A DNA stretch of 64,000 nucleotides from an uncultured Planctomycetota bacterium (GCA_963823665.1 CAWGMQ010000010.1:32001-96000); one strand, 5' to 3'. Shown: positions 1-10,574, numbered from the stretch's first letter. Notes: generated by a model from the letters alone, not told the origin. Program-made: numbers and translations.

Positions 1-179
1 TCACGGGATCCACCTGCCCGATATATGGGCACAACACGCGAGATTGTAGCAGATTCTTGCCCACTCCGATCGTAGCGATCTTCGATTGAGGAAACATCGC
101 CTTCAGAGTCAGCGCGACCTTGCCAATTCGACCGTAGTTGGTGACGTCGGCAAGTCTGCGGCGTTTATTGCACAGAATC

Positions 180-201
180 GTCAGGCTGAAGCCTGACCTA
201 C
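180..201 (-). repeat. REP-like GTAG palindrome (GTAGGTCAGGCTTCAGCCTGAC)
   Basis: The minus strand reads GTAG followed by the hairpin GTCAGGC-TTCA-GCCTGAC. It overlaps the stop codon of the sigma gene. Confidence 0.6.
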
Positions 202-752
202 GAGAGGGCGTCGCAGAGCCAGGCTCGGGCGTAGGCCCAGTAGCGGTCGGCTGTGCGACGGCCGATGCCCAGCACTTCGGCGGCCTGGGCGAGCGTCAGG
301 CCGGCGAAGGCACGCAGGCGCACCAGCTCGGCGCCGGCGGGGTCTTCGCGGGCCAGGGCTTGAAGCGCCTCGTCGAGCGCCAGCAGGTCGTCATCAGGTG
401 GGTTGTGCAGCAGGGTATCGAGATTGATCTGGACGCGGCGGTAGCGATCGCCGCCTCGCTTCTGCCGGCGGCGATCGCGAGCCCTGTCTACCAAGATCCG
501 GCGCATGGCTTCAGCCGCGGCGGCGAAGAAATGGCCGCGGCCATCCCAGGGTTTTTTGGCGTCGTCACCGACCAGCCTGAGATACGCCTCGTGGACCAGG
601 GCTGTCGCTTCGAGTGTCTGACCCGGACGCTCGTGAGCAAGTCTGTGCGCGGCGAGTTTTCGCAGCTCATCGTAGACCAGCGGCAGAAGCTGGCTGGCGG
701 CGCCAGGATCACCCTGTTCGATCGCGGAAAGGACGCGGGTGACGTCGGACAT
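198..752 (-). CDS. ECF sigma factor, planctomycete TIGR02999-like family
   Basis: MSDVTRVLSAIEQGDP..LLPLVYDELRKLAA..PGQTLEATALVHEAYLRLV..HFFAAAAEAMRRILVD; C-terminal HTH ending WAYARAWL. ATG at 752. Confidence 0.9.
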   Translation of the reverse strand: MSDVTRVLSAIEQGDPGAASQLLPLVYDELRKLAAHRLAHERPGQTLEATALVHEAYLRLVGDDAKKPWDGRGHFFAAAAEAMRRILVDRARDRRRQKRGGDRYRRVQINLDTLLHNPPDDDLLALDEALQALAREDPAGAELVRLRAFAGLTLAQAAEVLGIGRRTADRYWAYARAWLCDALS

Positions 753-916
753 CGACCTGGCCTGCTGGAGCTTTACCACTTTGCCCTCTCGGTCTTCCAT
801 GCCTTCACATCGTCGGGCTTGCCGGTTGCCTCCGCAAGCACCATCCGTGGTATGAGATCTCCTGGCGTCGACCCCTGTCAGGATACACCTGAACATCGCC
901 AGGTTCCCCGAACTGC

Positions 917-944
917 TTGACCCATGGCAAGATCATGGTACGAT
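917..944 (+). promoter_or_regulatory. Putative sigma70 promoter of rplM-rpsI
   Basis: TTGACC-N16-TACGAT with an extended -10 TG, about 75 bp upstream of the rplM ATG. Confidence 0.55.
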
Positions 945-1019
945 GGGATTTTCGTCGCAGCGGAAATGGACGGTTCGCGGCGGGTTCGTCAGGGTCAGTG
1001 AAACAGGTACAACGCATCC

Positions 1020-1592
1020 ATGAAGTGTTATCAGGCGAAGACGGGCGAGCTGCAGAAGCACTGGTACTTGATCGACGCCGACAATCAGGTCGTCGGCCGG
1101 CTGGCTGCGCAGATCGCGCCGATTTTGATGGGCAAGCACCGGCCCACGTACACGCCCCACATTGATACCGGTGATTATGTGATCGTCACCAACGTCGACA
1201 AGGTTGTCTTCACCGGCGACAAGTGGCATCAGAAGTTCTACCAGCGATACTCGGGTTATCCCGGGGGTCAGCGAGACGAGGCCGCCTGGAAGCTCTTCGA
1301 GCGGCAGCCCGAGCGAATCTTGCAGCTTGCCATCGAGCGGATGATGCCGAAGAACAAGATCGGCGTGCACATGATGGCCAAGCTGAAGCTGTACACCGGG
1401 CCCAATCATCCGCATCAGGCTCAGTGCCCGATTCCGCTGGAAGCGCTGTCGGGCCGCCCCACTCCCACCGGTGCTGTTTTTGTTGTGCCGCCAGGGAGCA
1501 TGAAGGCAAGCTCGGCGGCTGCCGCCCCCGCGCCGGCGCCGGAGGAAAGCGATAGCCCTGCGGATGAGCCGGCTGCAAGCCCGGCCGAGTGA
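1020..1592 (+). CDS. rplM: 50S ribosomal protein L13 with Ala/Pro/acidic C-terminal extension
   Basis: WYLIDADNQVVGRLAAQIA, KHRPTYTPHIDTGDYVIVTN, YSGYPGG, HPHQAQ; lies upstream of S9. Confidence 0.97.
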   Translation: MKCYQAKTGELQKHWYLIDADNQVVGRLAAQIAPILMGKHRPTYTPHIDTGDYVIVTNVDKVVFTGDKWHQKFYQRYSGYPGGQRDEAAWKLFERQPERILQLAIERMMPKNKIGVHMMAKLKLYTGPNHPHQAQCPIPLEALSGRPTPTGAVFVVPPGSMKASSAAAAPAPAPEESDSPADEPAASPAE

Positions 1593-1679
1593 GTGACAAA
1601 CGATACAAACGGATTCCTGGCTTTTTGACCCGCCCTGACTGAATGGGCGAGCATTCACGATCGAGGGAAAGAACGACAC

Positions 1680-2084
1680 ATGGCGGCGACGACGCAGAAT
1701 CCCTTCACGTGGGGTACCGGCCGGCGCAAGACGGCGGTTGCCCGCGTGCGCATTCGCGAGGGCACCGGTCAGTTCCTGGTCAACGGCCAGGAATACAACG
1801 TTTATTTTCCGCTGGAAGTGCAGCAGATCGACGTCAAGTCGCCGCTGGCGCTGACGGAGATGGGTGGGCGAGTCGATGTGTTTGTCAACGTGCGAGGCAG
1901 CGGCAAGCTGAGCCAATCTGGCGCGGTCTTGCTGGGACTGGCCCGCGCGCTCAAAGACTACCGGCCGGACCTCGAGGTTGCGCTCCGCGATTCCGGGTTC
2001 CTGACTCGTGACGCTCGAATGGTCGAACGCAAGAAGTTTGGCCACAAGAAAGCCCGCAAGAGCTTCCAGTTCTCCAAGCGGTGA
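1680..2084 (+). CDS. rpsI: 30S ribosomal protein S9
   Basis: GTGRRKTAVARV..LTRDARMVERKKFGHKKARKSFQFSKR. Confidence 0.98.
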   Translation: MAATTQNPFTWGTGRRKTAVARVRIREGTGQFLVNGQEYNVYFPLEVQQIDVKSPLALTEMGGRVDVFVNVRGSGKLSQSGAVLLGLARALKDYRPDLEVALRDSGFLTRDARMVERKKFGHKKARKSFQFSKR

Positions 2085-2087
2085 GAT

Positions 2088-3137
2088 TCAAGCCTCAGCC
2101 GCGAAGTGCTGGCGGAACTGTTGCAGATTGTGTTGCTGGCCCATCAGGACGATGCGGTCACCCGGCGTGAAGACCTCGTCACCGGCTGGAGGAAATTCCA
2201 GCCGCCCGTCGGCGTGTTTGATCGCGATCACGACCGCTCCTGTGAGTCGTTTGATGTCTGCGTCGCGTAGACTCTTGCCGGACAAGGCGGAGTTGGGCGC
2301 GATCAAGAGCTCTTCCATCTCGATCCCCACGCTGGAACGATCGGTCACCAGCTCAGCGAGCTTCACTGCACCCGGGTTGGTGAGAAGTGAGACGATCCGA
2401 TGCGCGCCGATCGCGGCCGGCATCACGATGTGGTCTGCACCGGCCTGGCGGAGCTTGTTGGGTGTGCTGGCGTTCTCAGCCCGTGAAACGATCACCAGGT
2501 TGGGCCTCATCTGCCGCGCGGTCAACGTAATGAACACGTTCTCGGCGTCATTCGGCGTGACGGTCACCAGGATCCCGGCGCGCTGGATGCCCGCTTGCTC
2601 GAGCACGTGCTCTTCGGTGGCATCACCAGTGACAACCAGGAAGTCGCGTGCTTCGGCCGCCGCCACGCGGTCGTGCGCCTGATCAATGAGTACGAAATCT
2701 TTGTCGCGTGCTGCCAGCTCGTCGCAGATCAGCCCGCCAAGATGCCCGTAGCCCGCGACGATGATGTGGTCTTTGAGAGTGTGGATGTTTTTCATCATGC
2801 GATGACGACCAATGAAATCGATGATCTCGCTTTCGGTGAGGAATTGCACGAACGAGCCGAGCGTGAAGGCGACCGAGAGCATGCCCAGCCCGATCACCGA
2901 CATGGTGAAGACACGCGAGCTGGTAGAAAGCATGGGCTCAACTTCGTTGAAGCCCACGCCGGAGACGGTGATCACAACCTGGTAGAGGGCGTCGATGAAT
3001 GTCCAGCCCATGGTGAGATAGCCTGCGACGCCATACGCCACGACGACCTGGATCGCCGCCAATCCGTACGCGACCCTTCGGACCGCCTTTCGTTTGAAGA
3101 AAACCGCGATGATAGACTTGTGGTGTGAAGCCGTCAC
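2088..3137 (-). CDS. Potassium channel family protein (2TM pore + TrkA-N/TrkA-C RCK domains)
   Basis: TM-pore-TM segment, Rossmann AGYGHLG, GDATEEHVLEQAGI, KLRQAGAD, TrkA-C GKSLRDADI. Confidence 0.88.
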   Translation of the reverse strand: MTASHHKSIIAVFFKRKAVRRVAYGLAAIQVVVAYGVAGYLTMGWTFIDALYQVVITVSGVGFNEVEPMLSTSSRVFTMSVIGLGMLSVAFTLGSFVQFLTESEIIDFIGRHRMMKNIHTLKDHIIVAGYGHLGGLICDELAARDKDFVLIDQAHDRVAAAEARDFLVVTGDATEEHVLEQAGIQRAGILVTVTPNDAENVFITLTARQMRPNLVIVSRAENASTPNKLRQAGADHIVMPAAIGAHRIVSLLTNPGAVKLAELVTDRSSVGIEMEELLIAPNSALSGKSLRDADIKRLTGAVVIAIKHADGRLEFPPAGDEVFTPGDRIVLMGQQHNLQQFRQHFAAEA

Positions 3138-3193
3138 GGGATCAGATGGCCTTGAAATCTCCGAGGGCTGCTCGGCCTAGAGTGTGCTCGCGA

Positions 3194-3760
3194 TCATGGC
3201 CACTCCACACGGCGATAAGCGGCGCCGATGATGATCAAGCAGCCGATCACGGTGGAAAGCGCGAGGCTCAGAATCGAAAAACGGGCCGCGACGGCGGCGC
3301 GCGATGTTCGGGTGGTCGCGCGCCGCTTTGCCAGCCAAAGGCCGATGAGTCCGGGTGCGACGGGCAAGAGCGCGAGTTGCAGGATGTATCGAAGCACGAT
3401 CGGGCGCGTCAGCTCGTACAAGAGAGACTGCGTGCTGTTTCGATTCTCGGCGATGTTGAGTGCGACACCGTATGCGATCAGCATCGTGATGGCAATTCCG
3501 GGGACCGCTGATGCGAGTGCGAGCGTTGCGGCCAGGGCGTCTAGCAACAGGGCACGAACGGGCTGTCGAAATGGCCACGCGGCCAGGAGGGCCACGACGC
3601 CGCCGGAGGGGACGAGCGCTGGAATCGTCCACAAGCTCCAGCGAGCCGGCGGCAAGATGAAGCCGAAGAGGCCGAAGAGAATCACCGCCAAGAGCGGCAG
3701 CAGACCGACCTGAATTGCGAGGTTGATTTTCCAGTCAGCCTGTTCAGAACCAGTGGACAT
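3194..3760 (-). CDS. Hypothetical multi-pass membrane protein
   Basis: About 5-6 hydrophobic segments; starts 6 bp after the permease stop. Confidence 0.6.
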   Translation of the reverse strand: MSTGSEQADWKINLAIQVGLLPLLAVILFGLFGFILPPARWSLWTIPALVPSGGVVALLAAWPFRQPVRALLLDALAATLALASAVPGIAITMLIAYGVALNIAENRNSTQSLLYELTRPIVLRYILQLALLPVAPGLIGLWLAKRRATTRTSRAAVAARFSILSLALSTVIGCLIIIGAAYRRVEWP

Positions 3761-3766
3761 GGCCGA

Positions 3767-4780
3767 TCAGCTCCTCCCACCCCGGAATCGCTGGTTGAAC
3801 GCCACGGCCACGAGTACGACCGTGCCCAGCACAAGGCCCTCGATCTGGGTGCTGTCGATACCTCGCGGAGTGAGGATGCCGGTGCCTTTCAAGACGATCT
3901 GGGTCAAGAGCAGGCCGAGCACCGTGCCCCGGATTGACCCGACTCCGCCGGCAAGACTGCAGCCGCCGACCACCGCGGCGGTGATGGCCGTCAGCTCATA
4001 TGCGTTGCCCATCCGGCTGTCGCCCTGGCCGCTGAAGCCGGTGAAAAGGACGCCGCCCAGGGCCGAAAGAGTTCCCGCCGTGGCGTAGGCAATGGCCTTC
4101 AAACGCCGGGTCCGCAGTCCGCAGAGGCGCGCGGCCGTCTCGTTGCCGCCCAGGGCAAAGAGGTGCCTTCCGAGCACTGTGCAGCCCATCACGATACTCA
4201 TGAAAATGGCCACGCAGGCGAAGATGGACAGCGACATCCACTGTTCTTTGCCCAGGGCCCGATAAGCGGGAAAGGGCACCGTGATCGTCTTGTTCTGGCA
4301 GAGCACGGTCGCCAGGCTGCGCAGGCCGGCCATCGTGGCCAGTGTCGCGATAAAGGGAGGAAGCCGCAGAAAGTTGATCATCAGCGCGTGACCCAACCCG
4401 ACGCTCGCTCCCATGAGCACGGTCAGGCCGATGGCCAGCGCGATGAGCGCGGTCGACGGTGGGGGCGAGGACGCAGTCCGCAACCACTCGGTCAAGAGCT
4501 TGGCGCTGACCACTGACGCAAGCGAGACGACTGCCCCGGTTGAGAGGTCGATTCCGCCGGCGATGATCACCACGGCCGCACCCACCGACAGAACGCCGAA
4601 GAGTGCGACCCGATGCAACAGCGTTTGAAGGCTGTAGCTCTGATAGAACGCGCCGTCCTTGTCCATCGCGTAAATCACCAGGAGCACCGCCAGGATGCCG
4701 GCGCAGAGCGCCCACTCCTGTGCCTTGAAGAGGCTGCGGAGGCGCGGCCAGATTCGGCTTGGTTCGTTGGCTGTGGACAT
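3767..4780 (-). CDS. Sugar ABC transporter permease (RbsC-like)
   Basis: GGIDLSTG, LPPFIATLAT, GRHLFALGGNETAARLCG, YELTAITAAVVGGCSLAGGVG. Confidence 0.92.
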   Translation of the reverse strand: MSTANEPSRIWPRLRSLFKAQEWALCAGILAVLLVIYAMDKDGAFYQSYSLQTLLHRVALFGVLSVGAAVVIIAGGIDLSTGAVVSLASVVSAKLLTEWLRTASSPPPSTALIALAIGLTVLMGASVGLGHALMINFLRLPPFIATLATMAGLRSLATVLCQNKTITVPFPAYRALGKEQWMSLSIFACVAIFMSIVMGCTVLGRHLFALGGNETAARLCGLRTRRLKAIAYATAGTLSALGGVLFTGFSGQGDSRMGNAYELTAITAAVVGGCSLAGGVGSIRGTVLGLLLTQIVLKGTGILTPRGIDSTQIEGLVLGTVVLVAVAFNQRFRGGRS

Positions 4781-4843
4781 TCTTGGTCAGGTCAGCAGGG
4801 AGCGGGCTCGCACGAGTTCATTCCGGCGGGGCGGCTCTTACTT

Positions 4844-5996
4844 TCACGTGAGCTTCAGATGCGCTGCAATCAAGTTCCTCTGGATATCATTGGTCCCCGA
4901 GAAGATCACGCCGCCGGCGCTGTCGCGCAGGTCTCGTTCAACGGGGGCGCCTGCCTGGAACCCGGAGGCACCAAACAATCGCAGAGCATCGAGGCTGTTC
5001 TGGGCGAAGCACTCCGAAACGTGCAGCTTGGCCATCGACGACCAAGCCGCCGCGTCCTGGCCGTGCGAAGCCGCCCAGGCATAACGATAGACCATGAAGC
5101 GGCTGGTTTCCAGCCGCAGTTTCATCTCGACGACGCGATTCGAAACCGATTGGAATTTTGCGATCGGCTGGCCGAACTGCTTCCGCCGCTTCGCGTGAGC
5201 GATGCATGCTTCGAGCTGGCGGCGCATTGTGCCCAGTATACCTGCCAGAATTGCACCTCGCTCCCACTCGAGAGCTGCGTTGAAAACAGATGACCCGCGG
5301 CCCTCGCGGCCGAGAATCGCATCTTCAGGAACGACGCAATTCTCGAACACGAGTTCTCCCAAGGGCGCCGTGCCGCAGACCCAGAGTCGGGATCGCCCGG
5401 CCATCCTTGAATCCGGGAGTACCTCGCTCCACCAAGAACGCCGTGATACCCATCACTCCCTTGGGCGGATCAGTGCTCGCAAGGCAAACGAAGACGTCTG
5501 CACATTGCGCGCTCGTGATCCAGGACTTGCTGCCGTTCAACACCCACCCTTCGGAACTCCGGTCGGCCCGCGTTTGCATCGAGAAGATGTCTGATCCCGC
5601 CTCGGGCTCGCTCGCGGCGTTGGCGCCCAGCAGGCTGCCGTTGCAAAGGCCAGGCAGGAACCGCCGTTTCTGTGCCTCGCTTCCGAATGCGAGGATCGAC
5701 ATCGTCGTGGTCCATAGGGAGGCGCCCATCGCGAAGACGAGGCCGGTATCGCTACAGCCGTAGCCCAGACCTTCGAACGCTGCCGCGGTGGTCAGCAGAT
5801 CGGCTCCGCCGCCACCGAATTCCGTCGGCACGGGAAGGCCCTGCACGCCCAGTTTCGCGCATCGCAGGTATCCCTCGCGCCAGAATTCGCCATTGCGTTC
5901 GCGCTCGGCTGAATCGGGGTCGGACAACTCTTCTCGCGCGAACTTGATGGCCGCTTCATACCACTGCTGCTGCGACTCTGAAAATGCGAAATCCAT
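4844..5996 (-). CDS. Acyl-CoA dehydrogenase family, resembling prolyl-carrier-protein dehydrogenases (frameshift near 5378)
   Basis: N-half MDFAFSE..ASEPEAGSD..LNGSKSWIT and C-half RKQFGQPIAKFQ..IFSGTNDIQR are in different frames. Confidence 0.85.
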
Positions 5997-6464
5997 GACC
6001 GGGGCGGTCTCTCTTTTTTTCAGCTCGGATGTCTTATTTGACTGTGGCCGAAGGCGCACACGCTCGCGGGACGATCATGTCGCAAGCGCGGCCAGTCTTC
6101 AAGCCCAGTCGATTCGTCCGCTGATTCGCGCCCGGATCATCAGCGATTGTTTGGAAAGAAAATCAACCTCGACTTGGCTCGGCCGGCGCATCCCTTATCA
6201 TTTTTCTTGCAAAAACGATGTCTTCGCGTGTTTCAGGAGATGGGATGAATGAAGTGTCTGATCGTATACTACGCCGCCGGGCAGTGGATTGGTGAGGAAG
6301 TGTCTTGGAAGCGGCGGGGAGCGGGACTTACCGCGAGACCTCGCGAATTGAGATCCCGCAAAGCAAGGCCGAGATCGAGGCGTTTGCGCGCGCGAACCGC
6401 TTCGTGGTCGAGTGGCGCGGGGTGATTCCGGCTGAGACAGCGCAGGCGAGCTGAGATGGCACGA

Positions 6465-6553
6465 GGAGACCTGCGGGCTGGCGGAGGGCGGGGTCTGGAG
6501 ACCCGCGCCCGACGCGTGTGGGGACCCGCGCCCGACGCGTGTGGGGGCCCGCG
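6465..6553. repeat. REP-like element with a 23-bp tandem duplication
   Basis: GACCCGCGCCCGACGCGTGTGGG occurs at 6500-6522 and 6523-6545 plus a partial third copy, after a GGGTCTGGAGACCC hairpin. Confidence 0.65.
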
Positions 6554-6608
6554 ATGAACTCGTCAACTCTGGCAGAGCCAGTGCTACCCAATCGGCAACT
6601 TCGGCGGG

Positions 6609-6633
6609 CGGCACACGGAGTGTGCCTGCTACA
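6609..6633 (-). repeat. REP-like GTAG palindrome TGTAGCAGGCACACTCCGTGTGCCG (copy 1)
   Basis: Hairpin GGCACAC-GGA-GTGTGCC; an identical 25-mer lies at 24524-24548. Confidence 0.8.
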
Positions 6634-6695
6634 GCGGAGCACTGGCCGAGCCAGGTCGGCCCAGCCACTCGAGTCGCGTGACCGTGCAATGCGGC

Positions 6696-7429
6696 TTAGC
6701 GGATGTTCGTTTTTTGCGCGACGGCCAGCACGGACGTGCCCAGTGGGATCGGCAGACAACCGAGCAGCCGCTCCTCCAGAACGCAGAGGCGCTCGAGCGC
6801 GCGATTGATCCGGGGACCGGGAATGCCGTGCTGTGCCACTTTCCGCGTTCGTCCGGTATTCCAGAGTCGAACCAGGAGCTTGGGAATGAACAGCGCGGGA
6901 ACAGGTAGCGCAGCTCGATCACGTCGACTCCGCAGGCGGCGAGGGAACGCTTCAGGCCGCGTGCCGTGTATCGGCGGCGATGATGGTTGAGGGTGTCGTG
7001 ACGGTCCCAGAGCAACTCAAACGCCGGGACGGTGATCACCATGAGCCCGCCGGGATTCAACATGCCGGCCATGCTGGCGAGGGCATGACGGTCGTCATCG
7101 ATGTGCTCGAGCACGTCGAGCGCCGTGATCACGTCGAAGCGCCAGCGAGGATCATCGTATAACGGCGCACCGAGGGGCTCGGTCGAGATATGCGCGCGAA
7201 CGGGCCTCGAGTCGTCCAGCAGGCGCGCGTCGACCTCGATCCCGCGCACGGTTCCGAATTCCGCGAGCGCCGCGAACGAGAGCGCATTGCCGCAACCGAC
7301 GTCCAGGATGGCCGCGCCGGGTTTGGGCCGCCGCCGCCTGAGCACGCCGATCAAGATGGCCTCGCGTGCTCGCCACCACCAGTGCGCCCGGTACAATTGC
7401 TCGTACTCTGCGCGATAGTTTTCCTCCAT
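6696..7429 (-). CDS. Class I SAM-dependent methyltransferase (frameshift near 6897)
   Basis: HWWWRARE, ILDVGCGNA, LDVLEHIDDD, TVPAFELLW..HD..HHRRRY. The C-terminus continues in another frame to TAA at 6696-6698. Confidence 0.85.
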
Positions 7430-7473
7430 CGCCCGTCGCCTCTGGCCGCTCTGCGCTCGAGCCCGATTCCTCA

Positions 7474-8530
7474 TCACATCACGGCGTCGTCGTCATCCGA
7501 GAGCGGTGCTTCGTCCAGAAGATCGCCGCGCACGATCTCGCGCACCAGGGCCACCGGGCGGCCTCGACCCTCGTCGCAGGTGCGCACGACGTATTCACCG
7601 ACGATGCCCAGGCAGAGCATCTGGATCCCGGCGAATAACCAGATCGAGATGATCAAGCTGGCGAAGCCCCGGGGAAACTCCGTCGGTGCGATGAGGTACC
7701 AGACGAGATAGCTAATTGCGATCATGATCGCAAAGAATGATAGTATGAACCCAGCTATCTGGATGAACCGCACCGGGAGCTTCGTGAACGAGAACAATCC
7801 GTCGTAGGCCAGGGAGAGATTCTTGCGCAGGGTGTACTTGGGGCGGCCGGCGAAGCGGGCCGCGCGCTCGTATTCGACGCCGACCTGCTTGAAACCCACC
7901 CAGGCGCGCAGGCCGCGGAGGAAGCGGTTCCGCTCTGGAAGTGAAAGCATGGCCGTGACGACGCGGCGGCGCATGCAGCAGAAGTCACCCGAATCGAGCG
8001 GGACGTCGATCATCGAGACAAATCGGAGCAGGCGATAGAAAAGGAAGTAGGCCCATCGTTTCAGGACTCCTTCCTTCCGTTTGCGGCGCACACCGTAGGC
8101 AACGTCGTTTCCCGCTTCGAGCTGTGCGACCAGAGAGCCGATTGCTTCGGGTGGGTCTTGCAGATCGGCGTCGATGATCGCAACGACAGTGCCTCTGGCA
8201 TGCGAAAGGCCGATCGAGACGGCCGGCTGATGACCGAAGTTGCGGGTCAAGAAGACCCCGAGGAATCGCTCGTCGCGCTCCACGATCTCGGCTATCATGT
8301 TCTCGGAGCGGTCGCGACTGCCGTCGGATACCAGCAGAAACTCGAGTGCGCGGAAGCCGAGCCCCTCGAGTGCGCCGAGGCAGCCTGCGCTCGAGCTCGG
8401 GCAAGGTTGCCTCCTCGTCAAGGATCGGCACGATCACCGAGAGCATTGACTTGTCGAGCTTGGTGCCGGCCGGCGATCGATCGAGCCGGGTCGCACGGCG
8501 CGTGCGTGTGGTCGTTTCAGAGGCGATCAT
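7474..8530 (-). CDS. GT2 polyprenyl-phosphate glycosyltransferase (GtrB/YkoT-like; frameshift near 8385)
   Basis: LSVIVPILDEE in one frame, then DGSRD, RNFGHQPA, IDADLQDPP, SGDF, RFLRGLRAWVGF and two C-terminal TMs. The start may instead be 8446. Confidence 0.88.
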
Positions 8531-8562
8531 CCGTGATGACCTCCTGACTTTCTGCGTTTGGG

Positions 8563-8943
8563 CTACGCTCCGAGCTGCTTGCGCCGCCAGACGATCTGGC
8601 AGCGATTGCCTGAAGGGTCCTTGAAGAACGCGGTTTTCAGGTCGTCGGTTTCCACCAGAGTTTCGTCTTCGAAGTCGACGCCGATGCGTGCGAGCTGGTC
8701 GCGCATCATCACAAAGTCGTCGACCCAGTATGCGAAATGGCAAATCCAGCGCTGGTTCGTGTTCGACTCGCCTTTCGGCCTTGCCAGGATCTCTACGGCC
8801 ACTCCGTGGTCGTCGGCGAGAAAGTACGCCGGCGGCGGCCCGGCGTTCTCGACGATCACACGCAGACCGAGCGCACCGACATAGAAGTCTTTGAGAGCAA
8901 TCGGGTCTTCGGCGTAGATTGCAAAGTGCTCGATCCGGCTCAT
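8563..8943 (-). CDS. VOC/glyoxalase family protein
   Basis: IEHFAIY..FYVGALG..HFAYWVDD..FFKDPSGN. Confidence 0.85.
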   Translation of the reverse strand: MSRIEHFAIYAEDPIALKDFYVGALGLRVIVENAGPPPAYFLADDHGVAVEILARPKGESNTNQRWICHFAYWVDDFVMMRDQLARIGVDFEDETLVETDDLKTAFFKDPSGNRCQIVWRRKQLGA

Positions 8944-8993
8944 CTTGAGATATCCAATATAATGGATGTTTTGATAGGTACCGAACGCCGTGC

Positions 8994-9476
8994 CTATTTC
9001 TTTTTCTTCGTGCTGGGTTTCGCGAGCCCCATTATGGCCTTCCACTCTTTCTCGGTCACCGGCTGAATCGACAGCCGGCTGCCCTTACGCAGGAGCTCCA
9101 TCCCTTTGAGGGCGGCGACTCCCTGCAAACCCGGAAGGCCTAGCGGCGGGTCGATCGCGCGGACGGCCTTGATCGAAACCTGGAACCACGTCGGTGAATC
9201 GCGCTTGCTCTTGGGGTCAAAATGCGAATCGTCGGGGTCGAACGCCGTGGGATCAGGGTGGGCAGTCTTGACGACTTCGGCGATGCCGGCGATGCAGGGC
9301 GGGTCGGCACTCGAGTGATAGAACAGCACTCCGTCGCCGAGGGTGACGTCGTCGCGCAGAAAGTTCCGCGCCTGGTAGTTCCTCACGCCGTCCCAGCCGG
9401 TGGTGCGATCGGGCTCGGACCAGAGGTCGGCGAAGGAGTAAGCGGTCGGGTCTGCTTTGAAGAGCCAGTATGCCAT
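8994..9476 (-). CDS. EVE domain protein
   Basis: YWLFKADP, WDGVRNYQARNFLRD, FYHSS, DPTAFDP, RLSIQPV. Confidence 0.92.
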   Translation of the reverse strand: MAYWLFKADPTAYSFADLWSEPDRTTGWDGVRNYQARNFLRDDVTLGDGVLFYHSSADPPCIAGIAEVVKTAHPDPTAFDPDDSHFDPKSKRDSPTWFQVSIKAVRAIDPPLGLPGLQGVAALKGMELLRKGSRLSIQPVTEKEWKAIMGLAKPSTKKKK

Positions 9477-9493
9477 GGACTGCAAGATCCGTC

Positions 9494-10050
9494 TTACAGA
9501 AGGTCGGCCACTGCGAACTTGAATCCGGGGAGTGCTGCGATTTCCACTTGGTCGCCGGGCGCAGGACCGCGATGTCGCGGTACTGGCCGTCGGGCGTGGG
9601 ATCGCGATGAACTTCGAGGCAGCGTTCGATCAGGTTGACGATCCAGTATTCACGCACTCCGGCTTCGGCATATAGCGGACCTTTGACCTCACGATCAATC
9701 TCCAGCGATGTGTCCGCGACTTCAACCAGCAGAAGGATGTCGACGGCCCGCGGCTTGCCGGATTCGTAGAAATCCTCGCGAGGAACCAGCAAGCTGATGC
9801 CGGGCTCGGGCTCGCTGTCGAGCAGGCGAATGGGATCTTGCACGCCGACCATGACGGCGTCGCCAAAGGTCCTGCCGAAGCGGCGGTTCAATTTCTTCAC
9901 GGACGCAGAATGCGAGTCACCGATCGGCATCTTGTCGATGATCTCCCCTCGGATAAGCTCGAGCCGATCCTCCTCACTGAGGATGCCGGTGTCGATCATC
10001 TGCTCGTACTGTTCGACACTCAAGCGATGGCGGACTAGCGTTTGAGGCAT
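9494..10050 (-). CDS. Uma2/DUF820 family putative endonuclease (frameshift near 9557)
   Basis: LSVEQYEQM, ELIRGEI, SEPEPGI, LLVEVADTSL..DREVK..YAEAGVREYWIVNL. Confidence 0.88.
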
Positions 10051-10334
10051 GGGATTGCCGCTCGTACGGTTGATGAGCACAGCTTATCTACAGTGGAACG
10101 CAGTGGATTCTACTCCAGATGTCGATTTTGAGGGAGGCCGGAAACGCGAGAATTCTTCGGGCTTGGAGGGGGTCTTCTGAGCGAAGTGGCGATCGAGTCC
10201 GAATTGCCCGAGTTTCGGATTTGGATTACACTTGAGGCAACCCCTGGAACGCCGGCATCGCCCGGATGTCGAGGTCGTGCGAGCCGAGAGTTTGGTCATC
10301 GTGAAAAAGCCGTACGCTTGGGAAAGGATCCTTG

Positions 10335-10574
10335 ATGCGTCCCGAAGATCTGTTGTTTTGGGTCCAAGCAATACCGTTCCGGCCGTTTCGGTTCGGCCTG
10401 AACAGCGGTCGAACTTACGACATCCGGCACCCTGAAATGCTCCTCGTTGGCCGGTCGAGTGTGAATATCTATTCCTATGCAGGCAAGCCCGAGGACCCGT
10501 ACGAGCGAGTGGAGATGGTTGGGCTCGTCTTGATCGAGCGCATCGAGCCGATCGAGAGTCCGATTCCGGCCTGA
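10335..10574 (+). CDS. Small hypothetical protein
   Basis: MRPEDLL..PFRPFRFGLNSGRTYDIRHPE, a pattern I associate with small planctomycete proteins; preceded by AAGGA. Confidence 0.7.
   Translation: MRPEDLLFWVQAIPFRPFRFGLNSGRTYDIRHPEMLLVGRSSVNIYSYAGKPEDPYERVEMVGLVLIERIEPIESPIPA

Noticed and set aside
933..2045. Long antisense ORFs (also 15382-16710, 28715-30160, 43837-45336 and others)
   Set aside because: These are shadow frames of well-supported genes in high-GC DNA and carry no motifs.
6465..6633. Possible CRISPR array or IS end
   Set aside because: Only about 2.5 contiguous units, with no spacers, no transposase and no terminal inverted repeat pair.
8994..10050. EVE + Uma2 as a modification-dependent restriction system
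   Set aside because: Both families are commonly scattered singletons, they are not fused, and the Uma2 PD motif reads EPG. Adjacency alone is weak evidence.
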